Source: Phoronis australis (Eukaryota > Animalia > Phoronida). Taken from it: DNA of 64,000 bases. Each line of letters starts with the position of its first letter. Within the stretch, counting starts at the first letter, position 1. The notes beneath the pieces are model-generated. The model was not told the origin of the DNA and ran no database searches. It saw only the letters and a list, made by a program, of their open reading frames with translations. The DNA is taken from NCBI GenBank assembly GCA_002633005.1, contig NMRA01000083.1, positions 773,161-837,160 on the forward strand, written 5' to 3'. Below are positions 12,901-25,897 of the stretch, in pieces. A program made the translations under genes and the position numbers.

Positions 12901-15900
12901 AACGTAGATTGTGTTCCGAGAACATAATATATATAAACACTCAATTTATACTATTAAGCCATTTGTTGTATTTAACTTGCAAATCATAGATTACAATGAA
13001 AATTATACAGAAACGGTGAAACATGGATGAAGTATAAAACTGATTTACGGCTGATTGGCGGAAAGCACGAACTCACGAAACTTCATCGACACGTAAAGTT
13101 AAAACTATAATCCACGAAAGCTTTTTGGTTAGAACAACGCACCCAGTGGCCTCCTGGCTCCCGCGGCATCTGTAAATTAATTGGACTTTCGTTTTACCTC
13201 GTTGTATATCCGAGAGCAAAGATGTTTATGTGAATTCGTTATTAAAAAGTGAGATTATTTCAGGTGTGTTAACACATGAGATTTAGAGTATTTGGGAGTA
13301 GTTTATATTGGCTCCCACCAGGGGGAAATGTAGAGGAGTAGCCCAACTTCTAGTCTGTGTGTCACTTCTATGTTTCTTCAAGATAATGTCAGTGGGTATA
13401 TTGAAACGAGACACTGTATAACATTTTAATTGGACAAAACAGCTCATCAGTGGTCCAGTTTATGGAGGATCGCTTTGGAGACGCTATCATGTTGACACGA
13501 CCTAGTGCGAGCCTGCGAAACCTTTTCAAATATATGGAAGAACAACATTGAACGGTATAGGCATAGATTCTGTACTTATCAATTTGGAAGAACAGCAAAA
13601 GTCTGCATTAGACATTATTTTTTATTGAGAAACCGTATCGTGTTCTCCATCAATACAATGCGTGTGAAGCTGCGAACCCAATTAAAATGCATTGGACGAC
13701 GTCATCAGCGATAAGGAGTACAAATTTTGTTCAGAAACGTCATCCTATTTACCAAATAGGGTGTGAGTCTGATAAACCTCTCTATACATATGCATGACGT
13801 ATGACTTGTAGTTCATATTGCACAATCTAGTGGATACGGGTCTGGTAATGACCCCGAAATAGGAACGTCATAGATAGGGGTCCGACGGTGATCCAGAAAC
13901 AGTAATGAAACGGCATGTTGCTTATGTAAACCACGCGTGAACTATTCAACAAAGGAGAGAACAAATTTCCCAAGAGTATTTTTTAAAGCGATCAGCGAGC
14001 AAAAATTAATTGAGTCAAAGGCATAGTATGCGCAGCACTTTCTTTATGAAATAGCTAAAAGAAACAAGCATGGGGTAATCTCACACGCAGTTGGGAGAAC
14101 AGCGAAGGATAGTGATTAACATCACGAGTGTTGATGTCACTGCTTGAAAGTGTTATAAAGATAACTTTTTAAGTTATTTTTACCCTACTTAATGGTAGGT
14201 TTAAATCGGTAGTCGTCACAGGGATCCCCGATTTGCTGCGTCAGTTTGACCGTCGGAGTGAGGGTGAAAACGTTTGACTTTGAATGTACTTTCTGTAATG
14301 TGCCTCTGATCATCATCACCTCCAATGGACAACTTCTCTGTTGTTGACCTTAAGCAGTGATGTTAGGTGTCCTCGGAAGCGAGTAATCTCTATTAATAGA
14401 CAACCTTGCTATTTGAAAAACGGATCTGTGCCTTAGGCTCAGTATAAGGAGATTAGGAAAATTAGGCTTCGAACAGCGCGAGTTTTAACACTGTGAAGCG
14501 CGCATATGGAGTACAAATTTTTTATTGTAATGAAAATAGTTTCATTATCTTTTTCGCAGCAAATCAAATCACCAAGACCAGAAGCTTGAAACTATGTCAT
14601 ACTAATAGTCAGAAGGGGGACATTTCTTGTTTAACAATCTTGTTCTAGTTTATTTTGATCTTACTGGGTGCGAAAGAACTCCTGCTTTCAAATTCCAAGT
14701 CTTACCTAATATGCACAAAGCTCTGAAAAACTGCAAACAAGTACTAAAATTCCAGCCTACACCAGGCTTGTTAGCGTGGTAATTTTAATAGTTTATCACA
14801 AGCATCACATTTATCGATTGCTATATTAGAGCGTTACAGCTGTAAATGCGTCGTACTCAGTAGAAATATCGTCGAAACGTTTGTCGTAACTGTAATCAAG
14901 AAAATTTCGCTCATAAGTTGTAATCAAATTGCGTTTACGTGTCTTTTATTATGTCACAAATATGTATCTTGCATCGAGCTATATCGCGAGACAAACACTA
15001 TTCTGATGGTTGAGTCTGACCAGTTTAAACACATCATCAGCTGGTTGTCTCCCTTGGGAGTCTCCACAAGTAGTTTTCCTTGCACTCGAGATTGTTATTC
15101 CCTTTGCAGGCAGTTTTGACACGACGCTGAATATCGGCAGCCATTTTTTATTTTGGGTATAGGCAATCTGCACCTGCATTTCGCTTTGTATTACTAAGCC
15201 TGTTACAACATTTAAAATCTTAGAACGTTGATTCATGCATTAATAAACAAAGAAGTGTTCAATTTGACGAAAAATAAGTTCAGACAACATCTTCCCAAAA
15301 TACCAAGTAAAAACGCATTCGTGATATTTACACATTCAAATTTGTTTTTAAAAATCCGCGACTTTCAATTCTCGGATTATCTTAACGCGTCCGAGTGTTT
15401 TGCAACTCTAGCTTAATTAGGCTATCAGGCGATCATACATGCGTACTTTGAATTACCTGCTGGAACCATTGAATCACACGTATGTACGTACAAACAAAAT
15501 TCATGCATACGAACCTCAAAGGAAACTACTTTCTTTCATGTGGTTCGCACGAATAATTCGATGATCGTTCGTCTGATTTTTTATTATGTGAGTATGATTG
15601 TCTGGCAGGACGTAGCAGACAATTACAAATATCAACACTTCTCGCTGCGCAATCAGGCCGACAAGGCAAGGGCCTTAAAACGCGATATTCAAGTAAACCA
15701 GTGTTCGTTGCGCATTTTATTTTTTGGTTTTAAATGTTATTTAATTTTTTAGTAACTCATAGGAAGAATTCACTTTCACATGAATAAGTTTGATTTAAGT
15801 CGAGCAAACCTCTTATTAATAAAGTCTCAGAATTGTAATTTGCAGGCCAGTGTAAGTTGAGGAACATGAAACCGTGACTCGCATTGGCTGCTTCAGCGGC

Positions 15901-16883
15901 GGCCATTGAAGTGAGTTTTCTGTTTCACAATCATTGATTTTTTCACGGCACTGATTCCTCTTTTAAAGGTCCACTATAAAGTTTTACAAGTCCGTAAGTT
16001 TCCACTTTTAACTGAGGTACACATATAGGGTAGTTCGTAGACTGCGTCAACATCATGGTGGCGAGGAACGACAAGATAGTACAACAATTAAAGGCATTGA
16101 AAAATGTCACGTGATACTGTTCAGTCTCTGAAACGATCGTCTTTCTATTTATAACCACCAGGTAACCGTTTTGTCTCTTCTGTTATGAGTTCACGTGGTT
16201 ACCATGTCAAAACTGGCGTTCGACACCCAACATATTTTGTACTGGGCGCTTGACTTCGTAACCAAAAACTCACACTCTTAGATATTGTTGACAGGAGAAA
16301 TGTGAGTAAACAGTACTTTATCAAAAAAGCAAGTCACTTCATTGTTGAACTTCCAAAGTTGGAAAGTGGACAAGTTATCAACGAGGATCGAATATTGTTA
16401 CAACGATAGCTTGAGATGCGTTCCGTTGCGCGATTTTTTTGTAAATTTGGCGAAATCATGCAAGATCACGCAAAAGCACGTGAGTGCTTAGAGACCTAAG
16501 CCTGGGACCTTACTCGCGTGCACTAGCGAAATGGCCACGACTGAAGTGATTGGTAGGCGAGGCTGGAATATTGAATTTAGGAAGAAAACTCATGGTTTCC
16601 GTTCCAGATACGGGAAGATTTTTCTCCCCCAACTGTCTCGCATGTGTCTGGCGGAACAAACCATGATCTAGCAGTTTTTACGACTCCACATGAGCGTGAT
16701 AACACTCGCTAGGGCTTTCATTGTCGAACTAAATTGCAATGTTCTATCATACCGTTTAGTGCTTATGTTAATTTCGCAGTCAGCCTTAGATTTTGGTTAA
16801 ACAACTTGCTTCAGAATTGATCAATCTATATTGGAAGGCCAGTTTGCGAGTTGTAGAATTATACATTATGTAACTAAGGTTAT

Positions 16884-17060
16884 ACAGGATCCCAAAAATG
16901 TACAACTTTAGAGTTCGGAACATCATATCTCAGAAATGTCTGATCGGATTGATGTGAAACTTTTAGATACTATGCTATATGCCCTGTTATCAAAAACAGT
17001 GTTAGGGAATGCTTTTAAACTATTCCACTTAGCCATGAAGTTCTATAGACTTTCTAATGT
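16884..17060. repeat. Dispersed repeat family B (also ~26900-27110 and ~47911-48040)
   Basis: Shared core aaaatgtccaaatttgg...ttcggaacatc.tatctca.aaat.gctgatcggatt...tgaaac; boundaries approximate. Confidence 0.6.
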
Positions 17061-18881
17061 AGATTTAGAAAAAAATATGTATTTATTCACCTTGTTGATA
17101 ACTTAAGTGTTGTAGATATTTGGCCAAAGTTCTACATAACCTTAAAATATTCTGACGAAATTGAGAGCTACGCCTAATGTTTTGGAAGGCGTATGACATT
17201 TGCAATCAGGCCATTCCGAACACATTTCCAACTCATTGACGGCTTCACAAGTAATGTGTATACACAACTAACTATTCATCCAATCTAGCATAACGAATGC
17301 CTAGAACAATTTATCCGAACCTAAATACTCATGGGGGTAATCAGCATTGGCTAAAGCAATATGTATCAGAACAGCTGAAATGATACTCAATATTTTTAAT
17401 TATCCAAAATATTATGGGATTTTAAAGAGAGATTGTCGGTTTTACGGCCGAAAACGCGTTTTGGGAATCACTGTTGGATAGGATAGAGTTCCTGAAATCA
17501 TTAGCTTTGACCAGAGCTGTAAAACAAAAAACTCCATTGTGTTTTTGTGATTTTATTACAAATCGCCATTTCTTGCCGTTGTCTGCCAGACATCCCTTGA
17601 AATCTAGGTACCAACGTTGTCTAACAGACATTCTCTAACTGGTTCCTACCTGGAAAGAAAGCTGGTTATTTTGCCACTTTAAAACGTCTGAAATATTTTG
17701 CCATTTATTGAGTTTCATTTACCTCGACCAGCAGAGCGTTTTCAGAAGCTGGGATGTCGGGGGTGGCAGGATCGAATCCGCGATGAGGCTGACCTCAGAA
17801 AATTACATTTCTCGTCGATAACCTTTGTTTAAGCAGCAATGCACATTGGACTTATTCAACTTGAATATTGATGCAAGTCATACGTGTTGACAAGAGTTAA
17901 TTAAGCACGTAAATTAATTCTTAATGGCATAAATTTCAAATAGAAATATTTGATAAATTAATTATTTACACAAATTAAATATTTACGCTTGCAATTTTCG
18001 CCCATTTGCGCGCAAAATTTAATTTACGCACGCAAATGTTTATTTACGCCATGAATGATTAAATAACGCCATTACGAATAAATTTACGTGCGTAACATTC
18101 CCCTTGTCCCTGCACCATTGTACACACGTCTGTTGATAGATTTGTAGGCGAGCGAGCGACGCAAGTAAACTCATCACGTTACAATGTTGGGCGAACGGGA
18201 AACGACACTGGGCGCGAAAATTTAGCAACTAAACAATAGTTGACGAAGAAGAAGCACTGTTGCGGTGTTTGATGCACAAACGACGAATTTCACATTTCAC
18301 AGTGAACTGCCATTTCTTTAACTATTTCATGTCAATATTATAACAAGTACGCCGTCCAGACAGGCTGCAGATGGCAGTTCTCGTAACGTAGTGTGAAAGA
18401 TTGGGCAGGCAAATTAAAGATCAAATCCGATGTTTGTTGCCTGTCATGTACACTTTGTGACCAATAAATTTACTGTTTTAAGCAAATGCCTGTAATCGAC
18501 ACGTGATATGTCACACAGTGGCTTCCGTTATCTTACCGCATTAATAAGAATGCTATCCATGTTTAGAGGAAGTAAACAAAATTGTTCCGCTCAACTTGAA
18601 ATTGTGCGCCGTGCAAGCAACGCGATAACGCGAGTCGACGTCGCAAAAATGAAACATGTTCCATTTCAGTTTTCAGTCGGACGACGTCGCTATCGTCACA
18701 CCTTGTCGTTCACGTGCATTGCAGACACCACAACAAGAATTCAATTGGTCAAATCTCAGATAGGTCAAAATGAACGCGAATAAACTTTCGCGTCAATCAC
18801 TCGTGTGTAGTCTGGCGGGCCAAAAATCACATTAGCGAGCAGCCAGGTCGTACTGTTGACGAAACCAATGTTTACTTTGTA

Positions 18882-19085
18882 TATTCGCTACTTGCACGAA
18901 TTCACCATTATGCTTGAAAACGAGGTGTTGTGTCCGAACTATAATGGTTCTGCATGTGTGGAACAAGCACGCTTTCACGTTTGCGTTGTTAAAGTTTATG
19001 CTAAAACGAAGGATTGTGTCCTAAACAATGGAAAATGCACAACAACCACTTTTGCATCGCCACAAAAGTGTGCAAGTAGTGAATA
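18882..19085. mobile_element. MITE family A copy 2
   Basis: 16-bp inverted termini tattcgctacttgcac / gtgcaagtagtgaata (1 mismatch), outer TA possibly a TSD. Confidence 0.8.
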
Positions 19086-19105
19086 CTGTTGTGACTCTTT
19101 TCCAG

Positions 19106-19273
19106 ATTGCATTGTCGTCGTGGAACCAGAAAACTCCAGCTACTTCAGGGACGTAGTCTTGCCGGGCTGTGAAGACTTCACCCTGGGTCTGTGGCCTAGT
19201 AAGAATGTATTCTATTCGCCCAACTATCCCGGGAATTATTTCAACAACACCAAATGCATCCGAGTCCTCGAAG
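19106..19273 (+). CDS. Neto: Neto-like exon 2 (CUB1 N-part)
   Basis: ttccag| DCIVVVEPEN...GCEDFTLG...FYSPNYPGNYFNNTKCIRVLE |gtaag. Confidence 0.9.
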
Positions 19274-19892
19274 GTAAGCGTATGATAGAAAAACGAAGAT
19301 GTAGATGAAGCATACTCTAAAGTTTCGTATGTGATGAATGTGTCATTAGCGATGTTTAGGGCAATTTTATTCATAACTAATCAGACGACGTGTTTAGTGT
19401 GTAAATTATGCTACTGGATCTAGTCCCTGGTCACATCCTTGTTATATGTCTAAAACGAACAGATGCGGGATGGTCCGATTCGGCACATATCTTATACAAC
19501 TTAAAAACAACGGTAGCAATTTCCGGCGATGGGAATGTTCTTTGAGTGAAGTAGCCGTCGCATGCCCGGTAAAAACACCAATTGTGAACTTTTACACCGG
19601 ACGAGAAAATGGCACTCTTGCTACTTCAGCAGAAGTGTAACAAAGAAAGTCTGCGTTTTCATGTTACCTTACTGTGGCAGAGAAAACACAAAAATATAAA
19701 GACATCATTGGCATGTGATTACTATGAATTGAGAAACTTCAGGCTCCGAAAACCTGCCAAATTATCATAGAAACCAGGTGAAATGTTGTGTCGAACAGGA
19801 AGATTTTTTACATATTTTTTCTAAACGGTAGGTGAATGCACGACTAATGTTTTAGTTGACTAATGTTTTATTTTTCCAACTGTACGGTGGTA

Positions 19893-20261
19893 AGGGCCGT
19901 ACCGGATTACAAAGCGACACTCGCTCTATTTACCCACAATGCCGTTAACATCCGTCAGGCACATTTGCTGCCTCGTTTTCGTGCCACTGGAGTTACACAT
20001 TTATTTGTTGTTGTCTGATTCTTTACAAGTTTTTCTCGGTTGCATTGATCTACTCGTCCTTCCAACGTCAACGAAATGTTACTGCAGTGTTGTGGGCTGC
20101 AACCCCGACGTGAGAAAGTTTGATAAACTTGACAAAAACCCGTGGATGCGTGATCTGAAATTCTTCGCCATTCCGACATCAATGACAGACACGAAAATGT
20201 GCTTAGATCTTATTTCCGAAACAAAGGAGAGTTTTATCGCCGTGTAACCCCGGACGGCCCT
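19893..20261. mobile_element. Non-autonomous TIR element with THAP-like remnant
   Basis: 19-bp inverted termini agggccgtaccggattaca / tgtaaccccggacggccct; internal frame reads CYCSVVGCNP...LKFFAIP. Confidence 0.55.
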
Positions 20262-20291
20262 ATTCAATATAAGTTCAGTGCTATTTTTCAG

Positions 20292-20564
20292 CGCCACCAG
20301 GTTATATAGTCCAGCTAGACTTTCGAGAACAGTTTAATATCGAGAAAGATTACTTGTGCAGCTACGACTATCTTGAAGTTCGAGACGGACCGTACGGCTA
20401 TTCTCAACTCATCGACAGATACTGTGGCAAAAAATACCCGCCACTCATTAGGTCGACGTCAAGGTTCCTGTGGTTACGATTCACCTCTGACGAAAGCATC
20501 GAACGGTCTGGCTTCAAGGCGGAGTACCAATTTATTCTAGATGACAAAGAAATTACAAGTGAAG
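20292..20564 (+). CDS. Neto: Neto-like exon 3 (CUB1 C-part)
   Basis: tttcag| APPGYIVQLDFREQFNIEKDYLCSYDYLEVRDGPYGYS...YCG...RFLWLRFTSDESIERSGFKAEY |gtttgt; canonical Neto CUB1. Confidence 0.95.
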
Positions 20565-21682
20565 GTTTGTCACAGATTAGAAAGTATAAATTAGCATTTA
20601 TCCAAGTAATGTATAATGGTGAATAAAGCAAGGCTGCGACCTCTTTCGGAAGCTCAAACATTGGCAACTTCAAATAAAGTTTAACCACGTTTGAAGCGGT
20701 TAACCAAAATACCTGTTAGAGATCCATCCCAGCCATTTTTCAATCGTGCACAAAACTTTAGTATTAAATTGGCTTATTTCAGAACATAATAGTCAAAGTA
20801 GTTGGGAACTAGTATTGCACACATTTATCAGTTTTTCGACAAAACATTTTTAAATTATCGAGAATTCAAAATTCAGGTCCTCCAGAGAGCCCTTTCTGAC
20901 AAGGGATAATGGATTCGTCTGTCGCTATTTTTTCTGTTTTTTGACGTTATGGTATCAATAGGGGTCATGATGGAGACCCCTCTCGATGGAGGGGTCGATG
21001 ATGCCACCCACCGCTCTAATCCTACTTTTTATTTTTATCCTTTCATCTTAAGGGACCCTCGATTATGGAATCAGCTGTTTCTCCACATGTTCTAAAAGTC
21101 AATGTTGCCGTTCCAATGAAGTAGCCCTGTTCAGAGAGTGGACACGTCTTGGAAAGCGTCCGGAACAATTGCCCCTTTGTCACCCAATAAATCCGACACT
21201 GTTAACTATTCTAGTAGATTAAATTTTAGAATCGCCTACAAAACACAAATTATTTTCATGCAAATCATCCTGGCATCAAAACATGTGGTCCCAAGAAGCA
21301 AAAATGCGAGAGTGCATTTGAAAAAACACAACAAAACAAAACAAACCCCGTTGAACACTTCCCGTCAGCCAACAGTGCGCGCATACTTCGTGACTATATT
21401 AAAAACGTCTTAACCTGAATTAACAATTGCCTGCAGAAAATCGGTTTCATATTGTGTTGCTACGCAGCTGAGGATTTTGCGTATCATTTTTTTTTATTTT
21501 CTGTGACCTGCAAGGCTTCTTTGGTTTACATGTTTATCTAGGTATCAAGGATAATCGACTGAAACGTTTAAGTTAACAGAGACGTTTTTTGTCAATGATA
21601 AGGCACCTTTAGTGAATTTGGTGGAGGGTGAAATGAAGGAAACTATAGTATTTCATTTGTCCCCAAATAGTCATGTCTACTA

Positions 21683-21844
21683 CAGTGGCGGGTCCAGGAT
21701 TTTGAGTTGGGGGGCCAGGGCAGAGTATTTGCCAGAATTTTGCCCGTCAGACATTCGCACCCTCGAACTGCTAAATGGAATCTGGGAGAATTTTAGGAGG
21801 CCGGGGGGGATAGCCCCCTTGGCCCCCCTCTAAATCCGCTACTG
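21683..21844 (+). mobile_element. MITE family C copy 1 (5-bp TSD tacta)
   Basis: Termini cagtggcggg / tccgctactg, flanked by tacta on both sides. Confidence 0.8.
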
Positions 21845-23061
21845 TACTACATGATTTTTGCCAGTCTGAAATAAGCGTTTACGGAATTCTCCCATAGCAA
21901 GTTCAAGCTGGCGAGGTAGGATAGGTGAGAAAGTGGTGGCGGTGAGAAGGGTTTGGAAATTTGGTACTACTGAACTGAATCGAATTTCTCTGGCGATAGG
22001 GTGTTGGCAGAGTTTGCCAAAGATGAAGAATTTGTCTGTTCCTCCTAATGATTTTGTGATTGGTCTTACGAAATGTCAAAGAAAAAACCTCGCATTTTGT
22101 ACTCAATGAGACTTATGGCCGAGCCTATCTAAATCACCACGTGAGGTTGGCCGTTGTAGTCAAAAGGTCAGCATTACAACCAATGAAATTGTCACTTAAG
22201 CTCTGTAAAATTCTAAGCCCGTAGATTACGTTGAGAATTTACACTCGTAATTTATGCTAATGGTTGAAAGCAAACGGTATTCTGTAACTAGACACAGATG
22301 ATTTTCCGGAAAGTTTGCAGTTATACAAACACTGAAATTTTACTCATCATTAGCGACGTTTTAAAAAATAAGATCCAGTGCTTTGGTTCTATTTTCAACC
22401 AGCAAAGGTCAACTGTAATTGTTTCTAATCTATGAACAAACCAGGTAACTTTAGAGTTCTGCAAAACGATAAATTAAAATCGATTGAATATGTTTTGATC
22501 ACCGTTGTTGCTGGTATTCAAATATAATGTTTTGAGCTCGTTAGTGCACTCGTAATTTACCCGAGAGAATAACGAGCGTAAATTACCGCCGAACGTGTTG
22601 TTAACCGCTACAGGGAAAGTCACCATCACCCATAACTTACTCTCGTGAATTGTCAATGGGCGCTGGCGAAGACACTTTCACGCCCGTGCAAGTCATTCGG
22701 GAAAAAAACTTTCCTGATAACGGTTAACGATAGAAAATAACGGCCTTTGTTTAGTAATCACATACACGCAAGTACTTTATTCTGAAATCGTAAATCGGAA
22801 AGCGGTGGCATCCATATAGGGCGCCGCCAGATAAACTAGACAATGTATCATAAGTTTAACGTGTTTAGTAATCAGACGACATTTAACAGAGACGGGACCG
22901 GAAAAGTTCCAACCAAACACTGTCTTACGAACAACAAAACAACACAATGACGCGCAGATCTTTTTTAACATGGAGAGAACAAAACTGATTCGACATCGTG
23001 TAGATGTAGCGTGTCATTGTTTTGCAAAACTAACCCAAAATGAACACTTCCTTTTATTTAG

Positions 23062-23243
23062 ATGGCGACACCAAGACCAACCAGACTCGGTATCTCTTCA
23101 AAATAAACCCAGCAGAATGGGATGGAATAGTTTCTGTGCCAGAGGACCTGCCGTTAGAAATACGAAATATTCTCAATGGAACAGCGTTGATGGATAGCGA
23201 ATTTGATCTCACGTGGGATATTTTGGCGCCAAAAGGATACGTG
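23062..23243 (+). CDS. Neto: Neto-like exon 4 (CUB2 N-part)
   Basis: atttag| DGDTKTN...WDGIVS...EFDLTWDILAPKGYV |gtgagt; phase 1 in, phase 0 out. Confidence 0.85.
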
Positions 23244-23398
23244 GTGAGTGTACATGAGGAGCGATTTGTTCGATTTGAAGCTGTGTTCATTATAAGAGGA
23301 TGAGGCCATGTAGCTCCCCAACAGATGGCTTTTGTAAAGCAATGGTGTCTCCCGAGAGAATTCATATTTACCGGGTGCGTCAGTTCGAACATACTGTG

Positions 23399-23556
23399 AA
23401 GTGGCGGATTTAGAGGGGGCCAAGGGGGTCATGGCCCCCCCTAAAATTATCCCAGATTCCATTTGGCAGTACGGGGATGCGAATGTCTGTCGGGCAAAAT
23501 CCTGGCAAATACTCTGCCCTGGCCCCCCTTAACTCAAAATCCTGGATCCGCCCCTG
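23399..23556 (-). mobile_element. MITE family C copy 2 (5-bp TSD ctgtg), inverted relative to copy 1
   Basis: Reverse complement aligns end-to-end with 21683-21844. Confidence 0.85.
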
Positions 23557-25665
23557 CTGTGCTATCGTAAGCCACACAAATACGTTTAATAAATCTTAAC
23601 AGCTTTCACACTTTTGCGATTGGCTCATTTATTGACGAGCATAGAATTACATTTCGTGGAACATCACATAAAACCAGTTCCAATAGTCGCACAGAGTATG
23701 AAATTGCTCACTTGCAGGCGACATAAATATTACTTGGGTCTTGATTTAATGCTGCAACTCTAAGCTTATGACATATTTCGCAATTTTATGGATTTAAACT
23801 TTGAAATTTGAACATCCACATGACGGACTAATTCTTTTTATGTGCGGAATCGCGGAATGTCGCAGGTTGGACATCATGTTGGGTAAATATCTCGTGTATT
23901 CGGGAATATTTTCAAAGCTCCATTTCGCTGTGTTTGTGTGCCTGAAAGTGAAAATCGATCGAGTTAGTCATTCTACTGTCAAAAAAATTGAGCCAATTTC
24001 ACTTAAGGGACTACAGCTAACCTTTGGTCACCCAAAGATCATCCGGAAAGAGATACACACATGTGAGTTGGAGCAAGGAAGTGGGGTGTGGCGGTCTAAA
24101 ATGACGGCTCGTGACTCAGTAGCTACCCAAAAATGAAAACAATGGATGAATCAGGTTTGAAGGCAATTATGTGGGCTAACTGGAGAGTGATTGTCGTGAA
24201 TGGGACACCTGAGACAGAGTGGTAGCAAGGTCTTTTGTTGAACCAGTTTGTGATTTCGATGAGATCAGCAACTCGATCTGTGGTCTTAGCACTGGCGTCA
24301 AGCAATTATCAGCTGGAGCCCCACCTTGTGGCATGTTTCAATTCAATGTTTTTATTTGGAGTTAACTTTTTAATTGAATAACTTGTTGAATTGAATATAC
24401 ATCAACTTATGCCACTTTGAGAAGCATAAGTCAAGGTTCACTCACATACTATATCTATCACCTGCCGAAAGCGGAAAGGATATAGTAATGGTAGGCGTCA
24501 TTCCACGCGTTTGTCATTCCGTCTTTCCGTCTTTGCAGAGAAATGCTTCATGGTCAACTACTTTTCTCATCGCATGTCCTCCAAACTTCCAAAAAATCAT
24601 ACTTATGAATATCATCATTTTGCGATTCGCCCGTATTTCCTTGAGTTCTGTCCCGTTTTTGTTGTTCACGCGTGGTGGTAGAGCAACGTTCTTTTGTGTC
24701 CAACTCCCCTTAAATTTCGACAAAAGTTCAGGGAGTGTCCTGTCGCAAGTCATCAATGTTTTGCGTTTCGACCGTATTTCCATCAGTATTCCTCATTCTT
24801 GATTTTCACGCATTCATGTAGCGACACGTTCTGTGCAACCACTACAAAACATCCTCCGTGACTTTGACTGCCTGGTAAGAAGTTCTTCCATGGTTTTTGC
24901 TCAAATGCCTGACATAAAAGCGCATGCGCCTAATTCCGGACACAGGCACATCACACAAACAGATTTAGGGGAGGGAGGGTGTTTCCCATGTGCATGACCA
25001 GAAAACGCCGTCGGCATACAGTAGGGCTTAAGCGGACATTTTTCTTCCAAAATTGTTGTACTACCTCATGGATCCGCCAGTGCATTTGCACAAATAAACA
25101 CATGGGCCTAAATGAATTTATACCGTAGCATGCAACCGAAAATCTTTGGTGAGAAATGTGCGCCATCACTTTTTCTCAAAGGGATCTTTTGCGGCACATT
25201 TCCGTATAATTTAAATGCCACATTGTGGAATGGTTTAACTTCGTTACTATATTAGCGATTGTTGCTACTTCAGTCACGGTCCCATGGGGGTGCCTCCAAT
25301 GAGGTTGGTACCTCAGGACGAGTGTGGCGATAACACACTAGATTTGACCTGCTATTGACAGGCGTTACTGAAAGCACACCTTGTACTAAACGGTACTTCT
25401 AATTCACAGTGGGCTGTTAAGAGTACACGCATACTCGCTGATGTTGTACTAGCCTCAGTTTTTTTGGTACCATCACCTTAAGTGCAACCGTTTTGTCGTC
25501 AATACGGTAGTGTAAGACAGTCTCATGTCACCATTTGTTAGTGTTTCACGAAAATTCCCTGTTGCTTTAATTCCTCGGTAAGAAACTTAGAATTCAGAAA
25601 ATTTTCTTCCCACAATTCTGCCGACGTGGAGTATAGTTTATATTTGTCTACCGCTTTCACTCCAG

Positions 25666-25897
25666 GTTCGACTCTTCTTTACTAAGTTCATCTTAGACAC
25701 CGGAGGCGACTGCAAAAACAATTTTGTGGAGGTTTACGACGGAACGACTGACAAAGATCACCTTTTGCAGCGAATCTGCAAGAGCGTAAGAGTGCCCAAG
25801 TTGAACTCAACGCGCAACCGTTTATTCCTCCGCGCTCGTGCTGTTAACAAGTACTACCTGGGATTGTTTGATGTTCTTTACACCTTTATAACAAAAG
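25666..25897 (+). CDS. Neto: Neto-like exon 5 (CUB2 C-part)
   Basis: tccag| VRLFFTKFILDTGGDCKNNFVEVYDG...RICKS...STRNRLFLR...FDVLYTFITK |gtagtg. Confidence 0.9.

Noticed and set aside
17720-17790. tRNA/SINE-like B box ggatcgaatcc
   Set aside because: No convincing A box or cloverleaf; at most a decayed SINE head
18856-19105. N-terminal part of the 150-aa ORF, similar to ORF 6780..7103
   Set aside because: The similarity is due to MITE family A; real coding starts at the acceptor 19106
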